A DNA stretch of 64,000 nucleotides from an uncultured Candidatus Saccharibacteria bacterium (GTDB taxonomy: Bacteria; Patescibacteriota; Minisyncoccia; Minisyncoccales; CG1-02-41-26). The notes beneath the pieces are model-generated. The model ran no database searches. It saw only the letters and a program-made list of their open reading frames with translations, and was not told the DNA's origin. The translations under genes and the position numbers were made by a program. Within the stretch, counting starts at the first letter, position 1. Every line of letters begins with the position of its first letter. The stretch is taken from NCBI GenBank assembly GCA_964580085.1, contig CAZOJF010000001.1, forward strand, positions 1,607-65,606. The letters are read 5' to 3'. Below, one piece after another: positions 48,050-56,769 of the stretch.

Positions 48050-50172
48050 TGGAAATTAATATATTTTTGTACAGAATATTCCCAGCTAGAATATTGAGGA
48101 TCTGAAAATGGATTTTCAGGAAGGGGGCCCGAAGGGTCTTCTTTTTTTACATAATATAGAATCGAATGGGGTTCTACTTGTTCTCCATTTAATATTGGTT
48201 TTTCCACTATGTTTTCTTTTGGTTTTTCAAAGTCTTGTTTTGGAAATTTTTGCAAAATTTCATTCATAAAGTTATGCCAGATAGGGCCAGCTAATGAAAC
48301 TCCTGGTTTTTTTGTTGGAGAGTTGTCATTATTTCCTACCCAAACCCCGGTTACTATTGAGGGAGTATAACCAATCGCCCAGGCATTATTTAAGAATTGA
48401 GTAGTTCCCGTTTTAACAGCGACATCATAATCTTTAAAATTTAAAACAGAGTTATATCCGAACACTGGAGAACGAGCTTCATTGTCGGACAATATATTAT
48501 TTAATTGTTTTACGGGTTGGGGAGGTAAAATTTTTGATTCACTAATTTTTGTTTGTTCAATAATATTATTATTATTATCTTCTATCCTCTTAATAAAGCT
48601 TAAAGGTATTTTTGTTCCGTTATTAGCAAAAACCGAGTAGGCCTCAACCATTTCTATTAGTTTTACTTCTCCTCCTCCTAGGACTAGGGATAGACCATAA
48701 ATTCCTTCATCTCCTAAGGTTGTAATTCCTAATTTTTTTGCTAAATCTATTGAATTTTTAACCCCCACTAAATATAAAACTTTAACTGCCGGAAGATTTA
48801 CAGATTGAGCCAGGGCACTTCTTAAACTTATAATTCCTGAGAACCGATTATTATAATTTCTAGGATGATAACATCCTAAGCCATATTTATCACATTCTTG
48901 GTTGGCGTCTGGCGAACAATCGGGATTGAATTCAGTGGCTACATTCCAAATTAGTGTTTCGGGAGTGTAACCATTTAAAAGAGCCTGTAGATAAACTATT
49001 GGCTTAAAGGCTGAACCAGGCTGCCTTAAACTGAAGACTACATTCACTTTAGGGTCAAATTTACATTGGTTTGTTTCCCCTGAACATTGTTCAGATTCTC
49101 CATACCAATCTTTAGAACCAACCATTGCTAAAATATCGCCAGTTTTAACATCAACGCTAACCAGGGCTCCATTATAGGCATCATATATTTCTAATTTATC
49201 AACGCCATTTTTAATGATTTCTTCGGCTTTTTCCTGTAAATCAGCGTCCAAGGTTGTATAAACTTTTAACCCGGCAGTATCCAAAAAATCTTTCCCATAT
49301 TTGTTTTCTAGATAAGATTTAATATACATAACAAAATGGGGAGCTTTTATCGTTTTAGGGTTAAATACAAATTTAATTTCTTTTTCTCTTGCTTCTTTTT
49401 CTTGTTCTTTGGTAATATAATTTAATTCCCTCATTCTTCCCAAAACATAATTTTTTCTATCTAATAATTCATCAACATGGTCTCCTTGGGGCCAAAAATA
49501 AGAAGGGGCCCTAATAATAGCAGCCATTAAAGCTGCTTCTTCTAGTGTAATGTCGGAAATGTGTTTTCCAAAAAAGGTTTGGGATGTTGCCTCAACCCCG
49601 TAAAGATTTGAGCCAAAAGGTATTATATTCAAATACCATTCTAAAATTTGATCTTTAGAATATCTTCTTTCTAATTCTAGGGTTAATGTAATCTCTTGGG
49701 TTTTTCTTTTTAAAGTTTTTTTAGTTGTTAAAAAATATGAACGGATTAACTGTTGAGTGATTGTTGATGCTCCGTGGAGTGGCTTTCTAATCTTTAAATC
49801 TATTAAAATAGCTCGTAATATTGCCTGGACATCTATGCCTTGATGTTTATAAAAGTTTTTATCTTCTGTTGAGATTACGGCCCATTTTAAATTATCTGGG
49901 ATTTCAGATAAAGAGACCAATGTTCTTTTTTCGGCTCCAGCAATTTCATATAAGAGAACTTCTCCACTTCGATCATAAATCTTTGTTGATTGGGGGATAA
50001 TGCCTTCATCAAATTTTTCGGGTCTTGGCAAGTCCTTAATATTGAGAATAAATAAAAAAATTGCGGAAAATAAAAAAACGCAAAATAAAATCAAAGATAT
50101 TTTCAAAAACAGAAAGAGAATATGGTTTTTATTTTTTCTAAAAACTTTTTTCTGATAAATTCTTCTAGCCAT
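48046..50172 (-). CDS. Class A penicillin-binding protein (PBP1a)
   Basis: EDKNFYKH, GASTITQQL, RKTQE, RQPGSAFKP (SxxK), SVN, KTGT. Confidence 0.95.
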   Translation of the reverse strand: MARRIYQKKVFRKNKNHILFLFLKISLILFCVFLFSAIFLFILNIKDLPRPEKFDEGIIPQSTKIYDRSGEVLLYEIAGAEKRTLVSLSEIPDNLKWAVISTEDKNFYKHQGIDVQAILRAILIDLKIRKPLHGASTITQQLIRSYFLTTKKTLKRKTQEITLTLELERRYSKDQILEWYLNIIPFGSNLYGVEATSQTFFGKHISDITLEEAALMAAIIRAPSYFWPQGDHVDELLDRKNYVLGRMRELNYITKEQEKEAREKEIKFVFNPKTIKAPHFVMYIKSYLENKYGKDFLDTAGLKVYTTLDADLQEKAEEIIKNGVDKLEIYDAYNGALVSVDVKTGDILAMVGSKDWYGESEQCSGETNQCKFDPKVNVVFSLRQPGSAFKPIVYLQALLNGYTPETLIWNVATEFNPDCSPDANQECDKYGLGCYHPRNYNNRFSGIISLRSALAQSVNLPAVKVLYLVGVKNSIDLAKKLGITTLGDEGIYGLSLVLGGGEVKLIEMVEAYSVFANNGTKIPLSFIKRIEDNNNNIIEQTKISESKILPPQPVKQLNNILSDNEARSPVFGYNSVLNFKDYDVAVKTGTTQFLNNAWAIGYTPSIVTGVWVGNNDNSPTKKPGVSLAGPIWHNFMNEILQKFPKQDFEKPKENIVEKPILNGEQVEPHSILYYVKKEDPSGPLPENPFSDPQYSSWEYSVQKYINFH

Positions 50173-50273
50173 ATATTATAATGATAACATATTTTATTTT
50201 TGAAATCTTGGTGTATTGGAAAGCCCTGCTGAAAGCAGGGCTTAACGATTATTCTTTTTCTGTGTCGGCTTTC

Positions 50274-50495
50274 CTATTCTTCCTCATCATCGCTACTTTC
50301 TTTTTCCTCTTCTTCTTTTTCTTCTCCTTTTTCCTCTTCTTCTTTTTCTTCTCCTTCTTCCTCTTCTTCTTCTTTCTCTTCTCCTTCTTCCTCTTCTTCT
50401 TTCTCTTCTCCTGCTTCTTCAGTCTCGGTTTCTTCTGTGTTTTCTTCGTCGTCTTCGCTAACAAATGGGTTTAAAATATTGTCTTGAATTTCCAT
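50274..50495 (-). CDS. Small highly acidic low-complexity protein with (GEEKEEEE[E/K])n repeats
   Basis: ATG start downstream of a TTGACA-N16-TATAAT promoter (50586-50559, minus strand); 27-30-bp repeat units. Confidence 0.55.
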   Translation of the reverse strand: MEIQDNILNPFVSEDDEENTEETETEEAGEEKEEEEEGEEKEEEEEEGEEKEEEEKGEEKEEEEKESSDDEEE

Positions 50496-50606
50496 ATGAA
50501 TTTAAATTTATTAAATTGAATTGAATTTTTTAAGCCGACCTTTTAGTATATGTAAAGCATTATAATGTTCTGGAGAGAGTTGTCAAGACCTTTAAAAATA
50601 AATCAG

Positions 50607-50936
50607 TTATTTTTTAACCGCTAAGCGCTTTTCCATTTTTATGTCAATTTTTTCTTTTTTAAAAGTCTTCTTTTTTTGATTCCAGGCCCAGATTTCAACA
50701 GGAAGTTCTACGTTGGATTTTTTAACAAAATCAGTTATTTTTTTCCTGCGGGCTGAAAGGTTTGAAACGGTAGTTATTTGGATATTTTTTTTCTTTTTCC
50801 CCTTAATGGCCAATAGATCAATAATTCCGAAAACATCATTTTGTTGATATTTTACTTTTGAAGGATACCAAACAATCCAGCCGTCCTTTTCCAATATCTC
50901 GACTATTTTTTTTCTTATTTGGGCTTCTTTAGGCAT
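50607..50936 (-). CDS. Small PD-(D/E)xK-fold nuclease (Hjc/VRR-Nuc-like)
   Basis: E...VEILEKDGWIV...FGIIDLLAIK...IQIT. Confidence 0.6.
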   Translation of the reverse strand: MPKEAQIRKKIVEILEKDGWIVWYPSKVKYQQNDVFGIIDLLAIKGKKKKNIQITTVSNLSARRKKITDFVKKSNVELPVEIWAWNQKKKTFKKEKIDIKMEKRLAVKK

Positions 50937-50947
50937 AAATTAGATTT

Positions 50948-51691
50948 TTAATTACTTTTTAAGTTAGAATAAATATTTTGAACATCATCGTTCTCATCTA
51001 GTTCCTCAAAAAACTTTTCGCAAGTATTTTTTTCTTTTTCATCAATATTTATATCGTCTTTTGCTATCCACCCTAGGCAAGAAGAGTCAATTTCTAATTT
51101 TTTATTAATTAAATTTTCTTTAACCCTTTCTAACTCTTCTGTCTCTGTATAAATATCCAGAATATTTTCTTTTTCGTCATAGTCAATATCTTCTGCTCCA
51201 GATTCTATGGCAATTAATTCGATTGATGATTTATCTTTATTAGGAGACGTTTCTTCATTGTTAATTTGTAAAGTTATAATTCCTTTTCTTTCAAATAACC
51301 ATTTTACAGAGCCGGATTCTGCTAGTTTGCCATTATATTTTTGAAGAATATTTTTTATTTCACCCAACGTTCTGTTTCTGTTATCTGTTATACACTCAAT
51401 AATAACTGCAATCCCTCTTGGTCCAAATGCTTCATAAGTTATTTCCTCTAGTCTCTTCCCTTCTATTTCTCCGGTACCTCTTTTGATTGCCCTCTCGATT
51501 TTATCTTTTGGCATATTAAACTTTTTAGCTTCATCCAATACTTGTCTTAATTTAGAATTAGAGGCTGGGTCTACCCCGTCTTTTACGGTAACCGAAATCA
51601 TTCGGGCAAATTTTGAAAAAATTCTCCCCCTTTTTTCATCTTCTATGGCTTTTTTGTGTTTTATACTTGAAAAATGCGAATGGCCTGACAT
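50948..51691 (-). CDS. yebC: YebC/PmpR family protein
   Basis: MSGHSH, NMPKDKIERAI, TDNRNRT, DDVQNIYSN. Confidence 0.96.
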   Translation of the reverse strand: MSGHSHFSSIKHKKAIEDEKRGRIFSKFARMISVTVKDGVDPASNSKLRQVLDEAKKFNMPKDKIERAIKRGTGEIEGKRLEEITYEAFGPRGIAVIIECITDNRNRTLGEIKNILQKYNGKLAESGSVKWLFERKGIITLQINNEETSPNKDKSSIELIAIESGAEDIDYDEKENILDIYTETEELERVKENLINKKLEIDSSCLGWIAKDDINIDEKEKNTCEKFFEELDENDDVQNIYSNLKSN

Positions 51692-51746
51692 ATATTTATC
51701 AATTTACATTTTAATATTTTTATCTTACTTTAAAACAATTTTAAAA

Positions 51747-52484
51747 TCAATATTCTTTTTCGATTTTCTTTTTTAAAAACAAAACAAAAATCCCAGAAGA
51801 AGTAGCCACAGATAAGGCAATCAAGAAAGTAAAAAATGAACTTTGTCTTTTGTTCTCTTGACGATCTTCTAGTATTGTTGCCTTTTTATTATTTTGTTCG
51901 GCAAGGGACGAGATTAGCACAGGTTTTTCTTTATCATTAATTTTTTGTCCTTTACTATTTTCATTTTTAGGAGTCCCTCCAGAATTTTCACTTGTTTGCC
52001 AGTTTTCTAGGTTACCCCCATTAATCAAAACATTTTTCCTTTCCATTGTTTTTTTAGTCTCATTGTCGCCAAAAAACCATTTTTTTGAACAATCTATTCC
52101 ATCTATTATTTTTTTATTTTGATCAATTAGTTTTAAATATTCTCCGTTATTATTTAAACTGCCTTTGTATATTAAATCAGAATCGATGCTTACTAATGTA
52201 GTTTCATTAGTTCTTTCCAAAATAAAAAATCCCTTAGCTGGGATTTTATTTTTTAAAATAATATTTGGAGTTTTATCATTGCTTATTATCTCCCACCCCT
52301 CTAAGTCTATTGGAGATGACGAATTATTATATAATTCGATCCATTCGTCGTTAGCAGAATTTTCAGTTCCCATCCAAGCAATTTCATTTAGAACAACGTC
52401 TAAATATTCAGCGCCTAATATCTGGACAGGGTATATTATGCTTAAAACGAGGACAATAATAAATTTTAAAGAATTATTTATTAT
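51747..52484 (-). CDS. Lamin-tail-domain (LTD) surface protein with C-terminal TM; start uncertain (ATA?)
   Basis: VVLNEIAWMG...EWIELYN...GTP; the frame upstream of the track ATG encodes a signal-peptide-like segment. Confidence 0.7.
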   Translation of the reverse strand: MINNSLKFIIVLVLSIIYPVQILGAEYLDVVLNEIAWMGTENSANDEWIELYNNSSSPIDLEGWEIISNDKTPNIILKNKIPAKGFFILERTNETTLVSIDSDLIYKGSLNNNGEYLKLIDQNKKIIDGIDCSKKWFFGDNETKKTMERKNVLINGGNLENWQTSENSGGTPKNENSKGQKINDKEKPVLISSLAEQNNKKATILEDRQENKRQSSFFTFLIALSVATSSGIFVLFLKKKIEKEY

Positions 52485-52507
52485 GTTTCTAAGTTAGTTA
52501 AGGGGGG

Positions 52508-52536
52508 TTGACAAACTTTTAGAATTGTAGTAGAAT
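52508..52536 (+). promoter_or_regulatory. Sigma70 promoter TTGACA-N17-TAGAAT driving the ncRNA
   Basis: Near-consensus boxes immediately upstream of the hairpin RNA. Confidence 0.8.
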
Positions 52537-52540
52537 AACT

Positions 52541-52666
52541 AAAGAGTCCAAAACTGGATAGGAGTCTCTACTCGGAATGGAAAATTTAGCTCCGGCTCGA
52601 TTAATCCCCAGGGAAATTCTGACTTTAAACTATATTTAAAGAAAATGTCCAGTTTTGGGCTCTTTT
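52541..52666 (+). ncRNA. Short 6S RNA-like ncRNA (about 125 nt)
   Basis: 20-bp closing stem with G:U pairs; central bubble with CTTTAAA/TTTAAAG hairpin; inner stem TCGGAAT/ATTCTGA; own promoter; U-tract end. Confidence 0.65.
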
Positions 52667-52672
52667 TATTGG

Positions 52673-53968
52673 TTAATTTTTTGTTGTTCTATCCACTTCT
52701 TCTATTGTTGTTTCTCCTTTTAAAACTTTCATTAGGCCATCTTCTCTCATCAAAACCATACCTCTCTTGCGGGCAATTTTTCTCAAATCAGCCACAGAAG
52801 GAGATTTTAGAATAATGTTTTCCATTTCGTCGTCTTTCAAAAAAAACTCAAATATTCCGGTTATCCCCTTATACCCTGTAAAATTACAATCTGGGCATCC
52901 TTGAACTCGGGCGATTTTTAAGTCTTTATTTATTTTAGGCACTTTTATCTTCTTTTCTAGTGGGCTTAACTCTTTTTTTAACATTTTTATTTCTTCTTTT
53001 GTAGGGGGAGAGTATTTAACGCATTTTTTACAAACTTTTCTCACCAATCTTTGGGCAATAACAATATTTATAGCCGGTCCGATGTTAATAGCTTTTTCTC
53101 CTAAGGATTGTAGCCTAGCAATTGTTCCCGCAGCGTCATTAGTATGTAGGGTTGTTAAAACTAAATGTCCCGTGAGCGAGGCTTGTAAGGCAATTTTTGC
53201 TGTTTCATGGTCTCTTATTTCCCCAACTAAGATTACGTCAGGGTCTTGTCTGACAATCGCTCGCAGCCCATTCAAAAAGGTATACCCTTTTTCGGCGTCA
53301 ACTTGAGTTTGAGATATTCCTTTAATTTGATATTCAATTGGGTCTTCTATAGTTATAACCTTAATTTCTGGGTTTTGGATTCTTTTTAGGGCAGCATATA
53401 AGGTTGTTGTTTTCCCTGACCCAGTAGGGCCGGTTACGATTATCATTCCATTTAATTTTTTAATCTCTTTTTTAAACTGATTAAAAATATCTTTTCTTAT
53501 TCCTAGTTCCTCAATTTCTACGATCTTTTCCGGATTTAATATTCTCATGACCACAGACTCCCCATTTTTACAGGGTAGCACAGATGTTCTTATTTCCACT
53601 TCTTTCCCATCAGTCAAGATAGTAAACCTGCCGTCTTGAGCTTTTTTTGTAACATTTAATTTAACTCCTGATAAAAGTTTAATCCGAGAGAGTAGAAAAT
53701 GATATATTTTATGTTCTATAAATAAAACATCATGCAAAATCCCATCAACTCTAACCCTTATCTTTATGCCTGTTTCTTCTGGCTCCATATGTATGTCAGA
53801 AGCACCAAGACATATTCCACCAGCAAAAATAGTTTCTAAAATCCGGCTTGTTTCTTTTCCTAATATTCTTTCAATTTGATTTTTAAAATCGGAAACGTTT
53901 TTAACATTTTTTTCAATGTTAAAAGAAACATCTTTACTTATTTCTATTTGCCCACCAATTTTTTTCAT
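52673..53968 (-). CDS. GspE/PilB-family pilus assembly ATPase
   Basis: ASDIHMEP, QDGRF, GPTGSGKTTT, TIEDPIEY, RQDPDVILVGEIRD, GHLVLTTLH, tetracysteine motif. Confidence 0.94.
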   Translation of the reverse strand: MKKIGGQIEISKDVSFNIEKNVKNVSDFKNQIERILGKETSRILETIFAGGICLGASDIHMEPEETGIKIRVRVDGILHDVLFIEHKIYHFLLSRIKLLSGVKLNVTKKAQDGRFTILTDGKEVEIRTSVLPCKNGESVVMRILNPEKIVEIEELGIRKDIFNQFKKEIKKLNGMIIVTGPTGSGKTTTLYAALKRIQNPEIKVITIEDPIEYQIKGISQTQVDAEKGYTFLNGLRAIVRQDPDVILVGEIRDHETAKIALQASLTGHLVLTTLHTNDAAGTIARLQSLGEKAINIGPAINIVIAQRLVRKVCKKCVKYSPPTKEEIKMLKKELSPLEKKIKVPKINKDLKIARVQGCPDCNFTGYKGITGIFEFFLKDDEMENIILKSPSVADLRKIARKRGMVLMREDGLMKVLKGETTIEEVDRTTKN

Positions 53969-53982
53969 ATAATTACAAATAA

Positions 53983-54963
53983 TTAACTTTCAATTATTTT
54001 TAAAATTTTATCTCTAGCTTCTGGGATATATTCCTCACGGATAAAGAAAAGAATTCCATTCCCTTTTTGCTTTCCCTCAAATCTTTCTAATATTTTTTTA
54101 CTCAATGTCTTATCCGGAGAATAAAAAATACCCTTAGTTATAATTGGAGAATTTTTTTCTTTCCAAAGAATTAAAAAGTCTTTTATAGCCGGAAATTCAT
54201 CTTTTAATTTGGCAGACGCAAACGATAAGTCAGATGGGTGAGAATTAGTTTCTTCAAAATCTTCGTCTTCTAAAATAACGCAAGCGATATTCTTTTCTCC
54301 TTTAATTTTAATTTTTTTTAGGATTTTTTCAAAAAGAAGAGATTGAGATGATTCTAAGTAATTATTTCCTTCATGCTCTCCTTGCCTGATCGTCTTTAAA
54401 AGTTTAACTATTATGCTAGAGAGCATTGTACTAGGCATTTCTTTTAAGTTAATATTGCCAAACTCGGTATTCTCAACCTGGTTGTCAATATTTAGAATAT
54501 TAGAAAAGTTATTTTGAAAGTTGTTTTCTATCCCCGAAAAGTTTTTAACACCTAATGTTATTAAAAGATCTGCATGAGAGAACAATTTATTCTGTATAAA
54601 ATCATTATTTTCGAAACAAATATCTTCTTTCTTAATCATTCTGCCGTTAGATGTTTTCAAATATATCTTTAATTCATTTTCTGTTTTTTCATAAGATACC
54701 TGAGACACCTTTGTTTTCTTCTCGTTGACAGAAATAATAAAGTCATCTCTTAAAAGAGAATTCTCTTGAGAATTTTGAGACAAAAAATGAAGATCATCAG
54801 GCGCTTTATCTAAAACTAAATTTACTTTTTTATTGAGTTTTTTTAAGGCATAAAAAAGAGCTACAGAAGCAGAGAAACTGTCAGCCCTGAGGTCTTGAGA
54901 AGGAAGAATATGAATGTCTTTAGCGTCTCGAATAAGTTTTTTAGCTTGTTCGTATTTTTCCAT
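53983..54963 (-). CDS. Degenerate DHH-phosphoesterase-like protein
   Basis: DHH-fold N-terminus (DSFSASVAL..ALKKLNKKV); NIDNQ where DHH is expected. Confidence 0.55.
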   Translation of the reverse strand: MEKYEQAKKLIRDAKDIHILPSQDLRADSFSASVALFYALKKLNKKVNLVLDKAPDDLHFLSQNSQENSLLRDDFIISVNEKKTKVSQVSYEKTENELKIYLKTSNGRMIKKEDICFENNDFIQNKLFSHADLLITLGVKNFSGIENNFQNNFSNILNIDNQVENTEFGNINLKEMPSTMLSSIIVKLLKTIRQGEHEGNNYLESSQSLLFEKILKKIKIKGEKNIACVILEDEDFEETNSHPSDLSFASAKLKDEFPAIKDFLILWKEKNSPIITKGIFYSPDKTLSKKILERFEGKQKGNGILFFIREEYIPEARDKILKIIES

Positions 54964-55028
54964 AATATTTATCTTAAATTAACCCATTTTTCTTTCAAAG
55001 TCAATTGATTTATGCTAATAATAGAATT

Positions 55029-55484
55029 ATGAAACAAAAATATATTACTCATTCTGCAATTCAAACAAAAGGGTTAGGGAAGAGAATAGCTGAAAAAATA
55101 TTAAACCATTCTGAAAAAATAGAAAGAGCTGTTATTGTCTCTCTTAAGGGAGAATTGGGGAGCGGGAAGACAACCTTTGTTCAGGGGTTTGCCAAAGGGC
55201 TAAAGATTAAAAACGCAATTTTAAGCCCTACATTTGTTTTGATGAAAAAATACAAAATACCAAATACAAAAAAGCAATTTTATCATCTTGATTGCTATAG
55301 AATCAAAAAAGTGCAAGATTTATCTGCACTTAATTTAAAAAAGCTTTTTTCAGATCCTCAAAACATTATTGCCATTGAATGGCCTGAGAAAATAAAAAGT
55401 ATCTTGCCTAAAGATACAATTGTTTTAGAGTTTAAGTTCATAAATCAAAATCAAAGAAGCATTAAAGTAAAAAATATATTTTGA
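55029..55484 (+). CDS. tsaE: tRNA t6A biosynthesis ATPase TsaE
   Basis: GELGSGKTTF, SPTF, YHLDCYR, IEW. Confidence 0.95.
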   Translation: MKQKYITHSAIQTKGLGKRIAEKILNHSEKIERAVIVSLKGELGSGKTTFVQGFAKGLKIKNAILSPTFVLMKKYKIPNTKKQFYHLDCYRIKKVQDLSALNLKKLFSDPQNIIAIEWPEKIKSILPKDTIVLEFKFINQNQRSIKVKNIF

Positions 55485-55488
55485 TTTT

Positions 55489-56769
55489 TTATGGGTTGCA
55501 AAAAACAGTTGCTATTTTAGGTTTTCTCCCGTCTTCTGGATGGGGAAGATAAACATAGCTCCCCTTTAGGCTTGGATAACATCCTTCTCCTTTGAAAATA
55601 TGTGACCTTCCGCTGAAATCTTTTTTAGTATTAAATATAACCCAGCAACCTTTTTTAATTTCAAAGGAAAGAACATCCCATGCATTAAATTCTACGGATT
55701 TCCCAAATTTATTAAATTGGGACAAAGACAGAGAACCTCCACCAGGCGAATCGCCTGCTTTTATTTCTTCGCTATGCCCATTTTCTTCTTTTTCAGCACA
55801 TTCAATATCATCATAAAAAGTTACGCTTCCTCCAGATGAGGATTGACTTATAGGAACAACGTTTGAAACATCAATTGAAGAGATAGTGCCTTTTACATTA
55901 TTTATGTTAAAATCTTTTTCAGAGATAGCAACGCCGATACCGTGTTCTCCTTCAAACATGGGATCTGAGAATAAGATTGATAAATATGAAAATTCGTCCT
56001 CTAAGTCTTTTATCATTATTGATTCTATTTCATTATCATAACTTTTAATTTCATCAGCGCTTGTTTGTAGAAAAAGAGGCGGCGGCGGAGTGCCATGTCC
56101 GGCTTTGGTATATAAATAAACTCCAGGGTCATGCCAAAGAAAATAAATAGATTTTACATTGCTTACGGAGTAAGATCCTCCGTTATTTTTCTTTTCCTCT
56201 GAATTCTTTCCATTAAAAGTTTCTTCAGAACAAATAAAAACGGAAAGTAATTGATCTTTGTCACTTATAAACTTTAAAGAGGCAGCTTTAAATGAAATTC
56301 CATTTTTACTATCAGCCATATAATATTCTTCGCCTTGATTGTTTATCAAATATATCCCTGAAATTGGCTCAACGTCTTGTATACTTGGCGCTACTATTTC
56401 GGGGTTAATAGTGGATAAAATTAAATAAGAGCACAATATAATAAATAGACCCGCAATACCAGAAGACAACCATGTTCTGGCATCTTTTTTTGCGCTTGGA
56501 TTGTCAAACGAAAGTAAATAGCGGATTCCGCCATAGATAAAGACAGCAAAAGCAATCACAGCCGCGATTATCAATCCAAGGCTGAAAAAGTATACAGCGT
56601 ATCCTGATATTGTGGTTGAAGTGGTTATTTCTATTCCGTTTAATGGCGGGTATTTAACTTCCAATCCTCTTTTCCCTGTATTATCGGCAAAAGCGAAAGA
56701 ACTTACTGAAAAGTACAAAAGCAGGGCAAGGAGTAAAAAAATAACTAATTTTAATTTGTTTAATTTCAT
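55489..56769 (-). CDS. VirB2/TrbC-like pilin hairpin fused to beta/gamma-crystallin-like repeats (start MKLNKL)
   Basis: Signal peptide; two TM helices with IYGGIRY...AK.W...GL...SYLIL.TINP; YDNEIESI, ILFSDPMFEG, ISSI, VTFYDD. Confidence 0.65.
   Translation of the reverse strand: MKLNKLKLVIFLLLALLLYFSVSSFAFADNTGKRGLEVKYPPLNGIEITTSTTISGYAVYFFSLGLIIAAVIAFAVFIYGGIRYLLSFDNPSAKKDARTWLSSGIAGLFIILCSYLILSTINPEIVAPSIQDVEPISGIYLINNQGEEYYMADSKNGISFKAASLKFISDKDQLLSVFICSEETFNGKNSEEKKNNGGSYSVSNVKSIYFLWHDPGVYLYTKAGHGTPPPPLFLQTSADEIKSYDNEIESIMIKDLEDEFSYLSILFSDPMFEGEHGIGVAISEKDFNINNVKGTISSIDVSNVVPISQSSSGGSVTFYDDIECAEKEENGHSEEIKAGDSPGGGSLSLSQFNKFGKSVEFNAWDVLSFEIKKGCWVIFNTKKDFSGRSHIFKGEGCYPSLKGSYVYLPHPEDGRKPKIATVFCNP
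56577..56661. repeat. 85-bp near-identical repeat, copy 1 (copy 2 at 57911-57995)
   Basis: 4 mismatches in 85 bp by manual comparison; encodes EVKYPP.NGIEITTSTTIS.YAVYFFSL. Confidence 0.85.

Noticed and set aside
50295-50415. Tandem repeats as a possible CRISPR array
   Set aside because: Low-complexity coding repeats with no unique spacers; no cas genes in the window
50181-50474. Phe-rich + strand ORF and Lys/Arg-rich minus-strand ORF (50249-50464)
   Set aside because: Alternative readings of the GAA-rich repeat; the acidic frame has the ATG and the promoter
52541-52666. SRP RNA or plain terminator
   Set aside because: Lacks the SRP domain IV GGAA/AGCAG motif; far longer than a terminator and has its own promoter
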